The position numbers were made by a program, and so were the translations under genes. The notes under the pieces were generated by a model. That model was not told where the DNA came from and made no database searches. It saw only the letters and a program-made list of their open reading frames with translations. Source: Haliotis rufescens (lineage: Eukaryota). Taken from it: DNA of 64,000 nucleotides. This document shows, in pieces, positions 37,147 to 49,855 of this stretch; the first letter of the stretch is position 1, and each line of letters opens with the position of its first letter. Location: assembly GCF_023055435.1 (NCBI RefSeq), contig NW_025964001.1, positions 65,224,001 through 65,288,000 of the forward strand, read 5' to 3'.

Positions 37147-37984
37147 GGGATCCTTCTCACAGATAATGTCTATACATGGGGAACATTCAAGAATCAAGAA
37201 TCAAGAATTTTTATTGTACATAACACCCTCGCAGGGCAGCGTACAGGCTATCTACATATGGGAATAAATAGCATTAATTACATTTGAAATCTCTCCAGGA
37301 CATGTAACCCCGCCATTAAGTCTTGGTTATAACTGCCCTTCTTCCACGAGAAATCGTGACAGCTTAATGTCAACCACGTTTCCCGTTACGCTTGTAAATC
37401 GAATAAATCATTCTTCCGTAAATATTCTCATAAACACTCAAATTACATATTAAGTACTTCTCCCATTGCAACCCCTCAACCAACACAAGCTTGCAGTTCC
37501 CACGGGCCAAAAAATGCAAAATATGGAAGCAAATATGATGCAGAATTCATTTTAAGCGCATAAATAAACTTCAATCATTTCGTCGCCATCGTATCTCAAT
37601 AAATCACAGGGAAAACGTGAAGATATGGAATTTAAATGGCGGAGGAGGATCTTTTTCTCGCTTTACTTGACTGGGGGTTATTTTCATGTTTCAAACATCC
37701 CCGGGAGACGCGAGGTGGCGTATACGTTGATGATAATGCGTTTAATATTTTGTTAATTTATTACAGTCATTGTCGTAGGTACTGGTAGCTTTTCCACAGC
37801 TTCTACACATTACGTACACATGTAGACCACCCTGCTAGAGCCACTGATGGTGTTTGTGTTGTCGCTGTACTTAGTGTTAAGGTCGTAGTAGTTGTAGTCG
37901 CAGTGGTGGTGGCAGTAGTTGTTGAGGTTGAAGTGGTGGCAGTACAGGCAGCAGTAACAGTAAAGACAAGATGTCTTTACGAAT

Positions 37985-38075
37985 GACTTCATTATTCAGT
38001 TATGATGGGATGTTCCGGTATATGTCCTGATACCTTTGTCAAGCAAAAGTGAAGACAGCACAGTACAGACAATAT
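37985..38075 (-). mobile_element. Penelope-like pLTR remnant with degenerate hammerhead-like motif
   Basis: Inverted homologue of 39325-39432; minus strand reads gcTTGACAAaggtat..ataccGGAAC. Confidence 0.45.
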
Positions 38076-38140
38076 ATTTGTACCCCGTCATGTGCAGCTG
38101 GCTTCTTTCTGTTGTTACTAAATCAATCAACCATTATCCT

Positions 38141-38173
38141 TTGTTGTTGTTGTTGTTGTTGTTCATCCCTTTC

Positions 38174-38218
<45 letters not shown>

Positions 38219-38269
38219 CATTACGTTTCTTAAAGCGTCGGAACAAACGGTTAGTAATTCTATATCAAT

Positions 38270-38316
<47 letters not shown>
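38141..38316. repeat. (TTG)n and (GA)n microsatellites
   Basis: Directly visible. Confidence 0.95.
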
Positions 38317-38716
38317 AATACCTTTTAAGACCGCTGTTTTTGTTGAGAGAGTTGTTTATTCCGGTCTCAAAACTTGTACAACACGTATAATTCTACTTCT
38401 TCATATTTCACAATATGTTACATGAGCCACCCAGTTTGGGTGACGAGAAACCAATTAAAACATAAAGATAACATATCATTGATATAAAAGGTAATGTAAA
38501 AAACATTCATACCATCTCATTAAAAATATACAAATGTTAAAATATCTTTATCTTTCACAGTCTTTTGACATTCAGTCATTTCCAGATTCAGCACACACTT
38601 TTGTACTGCTTAAATGAACATACCAAGCACACGAAAGTAATATGGTACAAAAGCATACTATTCTAGTGAGACCACACATTACTGTACTCCTGTGATACCG
38701 TGCGACCCGCAAGTGA

Positions 38717-39095
38717 TACACACTCAAGAAAGAAATATACTCTTTGAAAAATTATCCAGACAAAATGTAAATGTAAATGTCCATAGTCATGAAGACAAAT
38801 TATTTCACTACATCCTGTCAAATAATGAAGCAGTCAATATCAACTGCATTTGTTTCCATATCTATAATTTCAAAGAATAAATACCCCTTCATAATCAACC
38901 GTTGACATTTTATGTATAATAATATCATCAAATATGTAATATTGATTGTTTTGTTTTTGTATCTACAGGAATGTAAATTATGTATGTCTGTATATATGTA
39001 TATATGAATCATAATGTCTTGTCTTTTAAAATTGCATCTGTCCCGTAATGGAACGTTTCTGCAATAAATATTATCTATCTATCTTATCTATCTTA
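38717..39095 (+). mobile_element. LINE 3' fragment, same family as 1554-2095
   Basis: High identity to 1725-2095; TATCT-type tail. Confidence 0.85.
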
Positions 39096-39209
39096 CATGG
39101 TACTTTAACCCACATCATGGTATTCCCACATATTTCAGCAAGATACCCTAGTGGTACATGGTACAAAACGTACCTAATAGACTAGCTCAAACGATCCAGC
39201 AATTTACAC

Positions 39210-39321
39210 CAGGGTGCCGTTGTACAAAACAACCTTAGCGCTACGACTGTCGTAGGTCTATGTTAAAGTCGGGGAGTTACGACATCCTAGAGCTAAGATC
39301 CCTTTGTACAACGGCACCCTG
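39210..39321. mobile_element. Short MITE (PIF/Harbinger-like)
   Basis: Perfect 19-bp IR cagggtgccgttgtacaaa / tttgtacaacggcaccctg; outer cag/ctg may be a CWG target. Confidence 0.85.
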
Positions 39322-39324
39322 ATG

Positions 39325-39432
39325 TATATAAGTCTGTATGTACTGTGCTGTCCCACTACACGTCAGCTTTACGACGGAATTAGGACATACACCGAAACGT
39401 CGCGTCACAATAGAATAAAGAAGTTGTCATGG
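39325..39432 (+). mobile_element. Penelope-like pLTR remnant with minimal hammerhead-like motif
   Basis: gcTTTACGAcgg..ccGAAACGTCgc followed by AATAAA. Confidence 0.45.
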
Positions 39433-39621
39433 ATCAGGCGCCCTCGTTCTCGAAAAAGTTTTTTTTCTCGTCGTTTTGTTTTTGGATGTTGTAGTTGTTG
39501 ATGTAGCTTTTGGTGAAGTAGTGGTTGCAGTAGTAGTCGCAATACATGAATACTGGTACCAGTGTTAGAGGAAGTATTGGTAGCAGACTCAGCAGAAGCA
39601 GTACTGCCTAAACATTTCGGG

Positions 39622-40045
39622 GCCTCTTTTGTTGACCACCCTGGGACGATGCCGGACCCCACCCTCCGGCCCTCTCCTGTTGGACCTACCTGGGACCATG
39701 TCGGACCCACCCTCGGGACCTCTCTTGTTGGACCACCCTGGGACCATGTCAGACCCACCCTCGGGACATCTCCTGTTGGACCACCCTGGTGCCATGCCGG
39801 ATCCCACTCTCGGGACCTCTCTTGTTGGAACACCCCGGTACAATGCCGCACCCCACCCTCGGGCCGTCTCCTGTTGGACCACCCTGGGACCATATCAGAC
39901 CAACCCACGGGACCTCTCCTGTTGAACCACCCTGGTACCATGTCAGACCCACCCACGGGACCTCTCCTGTTGGACCACCCTGGTGCGATGCCGGACCCCA
40001 CCCTCGGGCCTTTTCCTGTTGACCACCCTGGGACCATGTCAGGTT
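39622..40045. repeat. GC-rich ~48-bp minisatellite (9 units)
   Basis: cctctcctgttggaccaccctgggaccatg..cccaccctcggg repeats. Confidence 0.95.
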
Positions 40046-40119
40046 AACCCTGGTGTTGTCAGCGCTATCCCCAGACCCTGGTTATCCCACTCCTACATCA
40101 CGGGGAGATTATTAAAACA

Positions 40120-40520
40120 ACAACACCACCACCCCCAACACCCCCATCACCCCCACCCCCGTAAACTGACTAACAAAATCCAGACCGTGATCATTTTAAT
40201 CCAACTCACAAATAATCCGACCCTATCCTTCCCCGTCTCGTCTCCCCTCAACCCCTCCCTCCCCTCTCTCCCCTTATTATCCCCTCCCGTTGCTACCGCA
40301 TACCCCCTCCCCCCCACCCCCCCACACACACCTCGTCCCTCCCCTCCCTCTCCCCACCCTCACGACCCCCATCTGTGGCCACAGCGTCCCCCCTCCTCTC
40401 CTCCCTCCCCTCCCTCTCCCCACCCCCATGACCCAAAAGCCGTGGTTACCGCCGACCCTCCTCGACCCCCCAACACCTTCCCCCCTTCCACTCCCCATCC
40501 GTGGCTACCGGACACCCTCA
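40120..40520. repeat. C-rich low-complexity tract (G-rich on minus strand)
   Basis: Many CCC/CCCC runs. Confidence 0.85.
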
Positions 40521-40934
40521 GTTGCCCGAAGTAGCCCCGGGGGGTCATCGCGACCCATAGCCCGGCACTCATGGTAGTGACAACGTGATAAAAGACACAT
40601 TTACCTGTTGTAGCGAGCCTGGTACATAGCAGAACTGTCACATCAGTTGGTGGAGAGATCACTCACATTGCAGTGCAGTTGGATATGAAACAACATAATT
40701 GATTTACTGCATATCCCCTGATGGGGTCGTGACCCAGCTTTTAAGGCGTGCTTACGCCAAGATGAAATATGTATTTGGACCTTGTAACATGGTGGGATAC
40801 TTTGACGTAAAGGGCATTCAAAGTTAACGCTAAAAAGTGCGGACCTTGAAGCGGTCTGATGTCTGATTTATTTATGAAAACATAAGGTTAAGTTTTGTTG
40901 ATCATGGTAAGGGACTTTTATAATCAGCTGTATA

Positions 40935-41270
40935 CAATGATACAGGATAAAAAATGCAAAATACAATATACAGAATAAAAGATAGACGATACAAGATAGA
41001 CGATACAGAATACAAGATGAAAGGTACATGATACAAGGTACAAGGTACACGGTAAAAGATACATAATACAAGATACAGGATACAAGGTACATGGCACATG
41101 GTACATGGTACATGGTACAGGATACAAGATACAGGCTACAAGGTACACGGTAAAAGTTACAAGATACAGGGTACATGGTACAAGATACATATTACCAGAC
41201 ACAAGATACAAGATACAAGGTACATGATACAAGATACATGGTACAAGATACATGGTACAAGATAAAAGAC
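40935..41270. repeat. 7-bp repeat (GRTACAN)n
   Basis: gatacaa/ggtacat/gatacag units. Confidence 0.9.
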
Positions 41271-42663
41271 AACAAAATACCAACACGGGATTCCACATGC
41301 TATTGCCTTAGACTTATTAATTCAGATTTATTTGAAGTTGTGGATAAAATAGCAGATCATTTCTATTTTACCCGATTCATTATTTGAAAAAATCTCATTT
41401 TTTCTGCTAAATATTAGGATTTCAAAATAATTATTCGCTGTGGGAAGATAATTAGATAGGGAGCCCCTTACATCTAAATATGTACTGCAAGACATGAAAT
41501 AATCTTTCGCATTTTCAAGGACAGCAGTTATCGCAGAGACATTCTTCCAAATGTGTAGGTGGTCCTGCATTGTTTTCGGGTTTTTTTTTGTTGTTTTTTT
41601 TTAAATGTATCGGGTTTTTTTAAGTACCAAAGGAATCAAACAATTAAGAGTTCTTTAAGAATGTTATATCATAGTGCACCTTCATATAAATTGTGAACGA
41701 TTTACACTTAGTTTTCGAGAGACAAAATGGGTGAGTGAATATTACAGAATGTCCGCACAGTCAATGAACAAAGGTACAAGATAACGGTTCACACAAATTT
41801 GCGTCAATGTCAGTGTCACTTGTGAAATCACTCACGATGTCCTCCACCTAATATATTCAAATATTCATACATCACCTTTAAACCTCACCACTAAAATAAA
41901 CACGTCATTTACTGATTGGCTCTAAAATAGCTGAAATAGCTATGGACACATCGTGCTTAATTTTATACAAATAGCAATGTCCGAATAATTCCATGACAGG
42001 CCTATCTGGATCACATTCGCGCCCTCACACCAATACATCCATTGTCAAAATGTCTATTTCAACGTGCGTACTGAAATAACCCGACAAATGTCACCTGTTG
42101 ACCTTGACCTTTGACACGACAGTTGCTGCAGCGAAATGGCCAGGTAAAACATGTCGAGCTGCCAGAGCGATGATTGATAACAGACGGGACCCAGTCTGTG
42201 GATATTGTATTGTTTAGGGAAAACAATACCCCATTGTCTCACGATCTCTCCATGTCATTTATCATTGTTGAGTAAACGTTGAAATTGACAACAATAATTC
42301 ACCAATAGCGTGTTGACAGAAATAGTTTAGTAAGCTATGCTCGCAGACAGACTGTTTAAGAGTGGGAAGGATTTGGTTGAAATTTTAGAAGTTCCTGGTG
42401 CCAAAGGGAAGTTTCAAATCTTCACGTATTATATTTTTGAGAGATCAATCAGCTGTTCGTGACACTTTGTTTACACAACGAAATTGAGACGTGTTTTCAC
42501 GTGTATATTTCTATATATGAGGGAAATCACGAGTTCTGCTGACCATACCAGGGTCTGGTAGTAATTGTGTTGTTATATCGAAAAAAGACCTTCGATGTTT
42601 AAAGGTCCACTGACGTCTTTCTTTTTCCAACCAGAGGACGCTGTCTTCTGAACATTGGCCGAA

Positions 42664-42722
42664 TAACGGGATCGGGTTGTCAGGCTCGCTGACTTGGTTG
42701 ATGCATGTCATCGTATCCTATA
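42664..42722 (+). mobile_element. SINE B internal fragment
   Basis: taacgggatcgggttgtcaggctcgctgacttggttgatgcatgtcatcgtatcc. Confidence 0.85.
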
Positions 42723-42726
42723 TCCA

Positions 42727-43785
42727 ATTCTGGCACGGAATCGAGCCGGTAAAATAAACAAGGGTACAGGGGACCTATTCTTGCACGGATTCCAACAGAG
42801 AAACACACAAGGGTACACGGGGGCCTACTTTTGGACGGAATCGCACCAGGAAACACACAAGGGTACTGGGGACCTATTCTTGCACGGATTCTAACAGGGA
42901 AACACACAAGGGTACACGGGGGCCTACTTTTGGACGGAATCGCACCAGGAAACACACAAGGGTACTGGGGACCTATTCTTGCACGGAATCTCACCAGGGA
43001 AATACACAAGGGTACAGGGGACCTATTCTTGCACGGAATCTCACCAGGGAATCAAACATGGGTACTGGGGACCTATTCTTGCACGGAATCTCACCAGGAA
43101 ACGCAAACTGGTACTGGGGACTTACTCTTGCAGGGAATCGCACCAGGGAATCAAACAAGGGTACTGGGGACCTATTCCTGAACGGAATCTCACCAGGGAA
43201 ACACACAAGGGTACAGAGGACCTATTCCTGCAAGGAATCTCACCAGGGAAATACACAAGGGTACAGGGGGCCTATTCCTGCACGGAATCTCATCAGGGAA
43301 ACACACAAGGGTACTGGGGACCTATTCCTGCACGGAATCTCACCAGGAAATACACAAGGGTACTGGGGACCTATTCTTGCAAGGAATCTCACCAGGGAAA
43401 TACACAAGGGTACAGGGGACCTATTCTTGCACGGAATCTCATCAGGGAAACACACAAGGGTACTGGGGACCTATTCCTGCACGGAATCTCACCAGGGAAA
43501 TACACAAGGGTACTGGGGACCTATTCTTGCACGGAATCTCACCAGGGAAATACACAAGGGTACTGGGGACCTATTCTTGCACGGAATCTCTCCAGTAAAT
43601 CAAATAAGGGTATTGGGGACCTATTCTTGCACGGATTTTAAAAGGGAAACACACAAGGGATCTGGGGACCTATTCTTGCACGGCATCTCACCAGGAAAAC
43701 TAACAAGGGTATAGGGGACCTATTCTTGCCAAGAATCTCACCAGCGAATCAAACAAGGGTACTGAGGACCTATTCCTGCACGGGA
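42727..43785. repeat. 50-bp minisatellite GGGTACTGGGGACCTATTCTTGCACGGAATCTCACCAGGGAAATACACAA (~21 units)
   Basis: Period 49-50 (43508 to 43558). Confidence 0.97.
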
Positions 43786-45183
43786 TGCTGATTGAGAGCT
43801 GACAAGTTTTTAAGATTGTTTCCCAGTGCTCAATCCATCTGTCAAGTCTTCAGCAGTTGAAGGCTGTGTCGCTCAGTGGAACAAATACAGGTTTGGAAGT
43901 CTACGCACCACGTGACAATGGTCATTTTTAATGAATTTTTCAAGAAATACTTAACACTTGCAATCTGTGCTCGGTCCGTGTAACAGAATATGTGACACAT
44001 GCGAAACCGGCAACAGTTATGTACTTCGTCAGCCGTAATTAACATGTTATCAATTTCGTGTCATTAAGCAGCGGAAGTCGGCGTAAACTAATACCTACTT
44101 CACGATAATTTGTAAAAATCTTAATTTACCAAAGAACTCGTAACAGTAACAAACCTGATGCCAGTCGTTTCTTAGTGGTTGGTGGCTTCTGGTGAAATCG
44201 ACACGACTTGTACATTTCCCCTTTGATCTGACAGAACACCGTCAACATTATCCCAGCCAACCAATCAGAATGTATTCTGGCTCAACCTGACCATTGTACA
44301 CTGAAAAGAAACAAGACCAACCTTAGCGGACCATTCATAAGCAGTTTGTGCGGAAACGGTGGAAATTTGAGTCTTGACGTTAAGTACAAATGACATGTTG
44401 TCACGCGCAAAGGTTACGCACAGGTGCGCGTTATTGTTGTCAATTGCATCATATAACAGTGCCGCGTGCACAGGTTTGCATGTCTGTTTCATGTCAATTT
44501 CACGTCCATGCACACGCGACCTCATTGTGATGGAATCCGATGCGTGTTGTTTGAAGGATTTTGTGAACAAGGATTTTCTTGTTTACCGAAAATATCGATG
44601 TTAATGAGCTACAAACGAAAGCAGAAATTCTGGATTCTGATTTATTAGGTGTGGGTGAGTGTTGTTTTCACGTTGGATTCATTAAATATCGGTCAGCAAG
44701 CAATAAAGTCCCCATTTTACGTAAAGGTATTTCATGCATAAATTCCGTTTGCTAACGAGTGGACAAGGAGATTTGAGTTTCAAAAAGTTTCTAAAACGAA
44801 TAAAGAGTGAGAAGAGTTCACGTTTTTGACCGCTCCTACTTAGTGATGTATTACAAGGAACGAGGAGATTCATTTCAAAGACAAGAATTTATTGCCTTCG
44901 CTTAAGTATGCACTTAATAAGTTTTGTTCAGTGTTAGTAATTATGTAGAACGTTAACATAGGGCTCTGGTGTCTCTCCTCAAACAGGGGTAATTTAAGGT
45001 ATTTGCACAAGTCGTATTGATGAATTGTTTAAAGTGTTTGAACGTTATGAGAGGTTGTCCACTCCGCCGAAGTCAATATTGTTGATGTTGTTGTTGACGA
45101 TGTTAGTTGATAAGTTGCAGTTCACAATATTATCCATTCTTCCACGAGGAATTAGATTGATATGTTCTTCATAAATAGTATTC

Positions 45184-45455
45184 GGGGGCATGGGTGGCCA
45201 GTCGTCCAAGGCGCCGCGATTCACTGTGCAGAGTTGCGTCCCTTGGGTACACCAGAAACCTATGATTGGGTTCGATTCCCGGTTCGCCCTGATTATGTTT
45301 CTAGGTTTGTCAGCACCATACCCGTGCTCGTGGGTTTCACCGAAGTGGTAAACGTCTGATACCTGCTTCACTTCGCACGTGCGCACGCACACACGCACGC
45401 ACGCACGCACGCACGCACGCACGTACGCACGTACGCACGTACGCACGCACACACA
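45184..45455 (+). mobile_element. SINE C truncated into a (GCAC)n microsatellite
   Basis: Head and body to cacttcg at 45375, then (gcac/gtac)n. Confidence 0.9.
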
Positions 45456-45640
45456 TACCATCACACCCTTGAACTACTCAGTCAACCATTCATCATGCCA
45501 ATCAACCATCGACATATCATTCAACCATCCAGCATGAGGATATAAAAACATTTCACACAAGGGACAGGCAACAATTTGGTTTCTTACCTTACACATGAAT
45601 AGCGGATTCTGATTTGCTAAGATCCATTCTATTTTTTGTA

Positions 45641-45904
45641 TTGTTGTTTGCTTGTTTGTTGTTTACTCTGCAATATTCCGGCTATTTGACGGCGGTCTGT
45701 AAATAATCGAGTCTGGAACAGACAAGCCAGTGATTGACATCATGAGCATCGATCCACGCAATTGGAATACGATGACATGCATCAACCAAGTTAGCAAACC
45801 TGACCACCCGATCCCGTAAGTCGCCTCTTACGACAAGCATTGTCACCTTTTACGGCAAGCATGGGTTGCTGAAGACCTATTGTACCCCGGATCTTCATGG
45901 GACC
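45641..45904 (-). mobile_element. SINE B
   Basis: Family B match, two hairpin units. Confidence 0.92.
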
Positions 45905-47255
45905 TATTATTTATTATTTGCAATGTAGGGCTTGGGGAACATAAACATATAGAGAACATCAACCCACCCACAACCCAAAACAAAAAACCAACATGTACTA
46001 TTAGACCCTGGACATGGTATTAAGTATTTCTCAGTCAAACATACACGAACCATCAGACAATAAAGACTCCAAATTAATAACATCACTGATTCTGCATCCC
46101 TTTTCTTCTACTTCCAACGACGCTTCAACATAATTATGTTCTGTTAAGTCTTTGATGTTTGTCTTCCTAAATCCCACTTTCACGAGCTATTTTATTACCC
46201 TTGGGATATTTACAGCACTATTAACATGCAAACAGCTTGCTCGGCGTGGGAGAAAAACTGTATCGAAATTGTGAACATATTTATTGAAACTATGAAGGAC
46301 AATGAACATATTTTCACACCGAAATGAGGCGAACCGTCATAAATCTTGGCACTTTAAGGAATAATGTCGGGGGGAATAACATCATCATTTGCTTCCACAA
46401 TTTTGGCGTGTTTTCACTCATATTTCCCCGGCTGATTCCGATACGGTCATTTTCAGAGAACCTCGGCGGGCCGATAACTTATTCCAGTGCTTATTGTAAG
46501 GCATCCATCATACACACTCAGCTAGGGTCGTTTCTAAAGTGTTTAGTATGTCAGATAGGCCCCTTTCGGCGATAGGGTGACAAAATCCCATTTCAGTGAT
46601 CCTTTGAAGGCAAATAATGTTCTCCAATCGGAATTCCAAGACCGACCGCCATCTTGATATGGCCACGGGAAGTTGCATTCCGGGCATGCGCAGATACCCT
46701 CTTTCGTTGACAAGTCTTAATCCACGCGGACATCTCGATCTTAAATGCTCGGCAGTGATGTCTTCTACGGTGTGTCTCGTTTAACAAGTTTGTCAGTGTT
46801 TGCAAACGATATTCAGATCAAAGGGAGGTAATAAATATTGTTTCCAGTTGAACAGTTGATGGTTTGTGGATGTCAGATTCCATGTGAATTTCCCCAACTG
46901 CAGTGATGGACGGAAACAACTGGACGACGGCCGCATAATTGTTTCCAAAATGTGTCATAAATGTCAGCCTGTCACTCAAATGTAGATTTTTACGATGAAG
47001 CGAGGAGGATCGTGCTTACACGGAGGAAGACCATAGGCAGTGGTTCTATTTATAAAACAGAAATATACAAGTTTTCAGTCCGTGGTTTTAACACTATGAC
47101 AGGTCTGCCATCATATGTTATAGCATATATCCGAGGAATATTAATTACGTACATATACATGTTAGCCTCGGGGCAAAGACAGCGAATATATACAGCTATA
47201 AAGTGATGTGAATTCCAGGATAATTCCCCTGAGCAGAAACTGAAAACGTCCTGGA

Positions 47256-47527
47256 TTGTTGGTTGGTTAGTTGGTTGTTTAACGCCGCACTCAGCAATAT
47301 TCCAGCTATATAACGGCGGTCTGTAAATAATCGAATCTGGACCAGACAATCCAGTTATTAATATCATGAGCATCGATCCACGCAATTGGGATCGATGACA
47401 TGCATCACCCAAATCATCGAGCCTGACCACCCGACCCCGTAAGTCGCCTCTTACGACAAGCATAGTCGCCTTTTACGGCAAGCATTGGTTGCCGAAGACC
47501 TATTGTACCCCGGAATCTTCACGAGTT
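47256..47527 (-). mobile_element. SINE B
   Basis: Family B match, (AACC)n tail variant. Confidence 0.92.
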
Positions 47528-48114
47528 TGGCCTCCTTCAACAATTCCACAGTTCACGTGATACTATATAAGCTCAATGCGGTTCGTCGTACATTGATCGG
47601 ACTGTATGCCCGGTGTCAGTGTGTACATGATACAAGGTATAAGATACAAGATTTATTGCGCAAACGTTCCATGTAGAAACAGTGACAATATTCTATAAAC
47701 TATAGAAACAGACACATAATAAGTCATGATAACAATACAAAGTACCAATACAAAATATTATGTTATATTATGACCTAGGATTATATATAATAAGTACTTC
47801 AGATATATTTGAAGTTGTATACATTATAACTGGGCCCCGTTCCAAAAAGCGTTCTAAGACAATCGTACCTTTGAATTATCATGTAATATTTGTTTCTAAA
47901 TAGGAAATCACACCCCAAACACGCCCTCTCAGGTGTTCCCAATCCATCATTCCCCCTCATCAGTATGACCATCAACCAATCCCTACTCCTTTCGTAACGA
48001 TTTACCCGGAACACGCCCTCCCAACCTACCCGGAACACACCCTCCTAATTGCAACCTACCCGGAACACACCCTCCCAACCTGCTATAAACACTACCCAGT
48101 CATATCATACATAT

Positions 48115-48251
48115 NNNNNNNNNNNNNNNNNNNNNNNNNNNNNNNNNNNNNNNNNNNNNNNNNNNNNNNNNNNNNNNNNNNNNNNNNNNNNNNNNNNNNN
48201 NNNNNNNNNNNNNNNNNNNNNNNNNNNNNNNNNNNNNNNNNNNNNNNNNNN
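48115..48251. other. Assembly gap
   Basis: Run of N. Confidence 1.
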
Positions 48252-48794
48252 TATGTTTTTATATATTGGTAGTGCTAATATATAACTTAGATTGTTAGTG
48301 GCTGTACCCTCGAGGGGGGTTGAAGTAGCGTAAAATTATTGTCCCCCTAAAAGGGTATGTAAGTCCCACATCATTCAATGTATTGTTATGCATACCAGAA
48401 TTTTAAAACGTAGTATTTTTGTCATTTTAATCTAAGGCTTAACTGGTAAACTATCGCCAGTGACTGAAGGACTGATATAAATCCAGCCAGGGTCCATGCA
48501 GGAAGCAAAGGCACTGTAAGTCCCCATGGTCCCTGGTATGGTGTTCTCCCTTCAGTTACTGACGATCTCTAGCCCATTTTTATACTGTGTTGTTAATTCT
48601 TATTGCTTTTATATGTTCCTCAACTAGTTTTAATACACTCTGTGATCTTCTAGTTATTGTACTGTCCTTTGCTGACAGGTTTTTTATAAATTATATATAC
48701 TTATTTGTTATTAATGTATTAATTCTCGTCACGATATGGCTGAAATATTGCCGATGTGACGTTAAATATTAACTCACTCACTCACTCACTCACT
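48252..48794 (+). mobile_element. Probable LINE 3' UTR carrying the tail shared with SINEs A/B/C
   Basis: Ends cgtcacgatatggctgaaatattgccgatgtgacgttaaatatta(ACTC)n, preceded by non-SINE T-rich sequence up to the gap. Confidence 0.5.
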
Positions 48795-49664
48795 CCCCTT
48801 CCCTGTTCTACCCTACCCTCGACATCCCTCCCCTCCCCCTCCCCCCCCCCCCCTCCCTCCTACCCCATAACACACCCTCCTTCTCACTCCTCACAATGGG
48901 GATGGATGTCCTTCTCCCATGCACCCTGATAATAACCCAGTCCCTATCAACTCCCCGCAACACGACAGCGTCTTGTTCCATTTTAAACCCACTGTGACGA
49001 ATTAACACATTTGGTTTCCATTTCTAACGTGGTTCTCGAAAGCATTCAACTCTCACGTGACAATAATCCTCCACGGACCATAGAGTTCGTTAAAAACACA
49101 CGCAAATAACGCCGACATTTCTAACAAGCACCCATGCACGCGGGACTAATTACAACGAATCAGCTTTAACAAGATTCTATTCCAAGGATTGGTAGACCAC
49201 AAAACAAAGAATTAGTTTCCAATTTACTTCGCCAATGCGACTTGGTAATTTCTTCAACATGTTAACCCCCCTCCCCTCCCCCAATCTCAGAATGATTGCG
49301 CGTTAATGACGTGTGTTTGTCCTCTACTTTGTGCTGTATGAGAAAGGAGCAAGAAGATGAGGGTGAGGATCGGGATATACCAAGGTGAATTAGTATGTCG
49401 AGAAGATAACACCAGAACCATCTGTTTTTAAAACCACCGCGTTTGATGTGTGTTCCCCCGTGCGTCCCCGTCTCTCAACGCGCCGACTGACTAACCATTT
49501 TGGACTGAATCATTCAGGAAAATTGATCCATCGTAATTAAAACGTTTTCTGTGTTAACTGTTTTCAAGTTGTTTCACATCTTATCTGAAAACTGATGTTT
49601 TACGTTAATTTTGATATGATCAGAAGAGTATGATTGTTGTGGTTGTTTAAAGACGGATTAATTA

Positions 49665-49855
49665 AGAAGAAGAAAATTTATTGTACATAAACACCCACAG
49701 GGGCGGGGTACAAAGCAGGAACATGACTAGTTATAACGGAAAGTTATAACATGGATATATACAATGGAATACAAATATTGATATTACTAAGGTCTAGAGA
49801 GGAGATGCAGATTTTCTTTGCATGAACATTCTGTAAATGAAACAGGAAATAATAT
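49665..49855 (-). mobile_element. Retroposon 3' end family E
   Basis: Reverse complement of 58720-58925. Confidence 0.8.

Noticed and set aside
39405-40577. Pro/Gly-rich ORFs
   Set aside because: GC-rich 48/49-bp repeat and C-rich low complexity; unit length varies out of frame
42680-43714. ORFs of ~220 aa
   Set aside because: 50-bp unit is not a multiple of three; open in several frames
23546-43785. Tandem arrays as CRISPR arrays
   Set aside because: Units are contiguous with no unique spacers, there are no cas genes, and the context is eukaryotic
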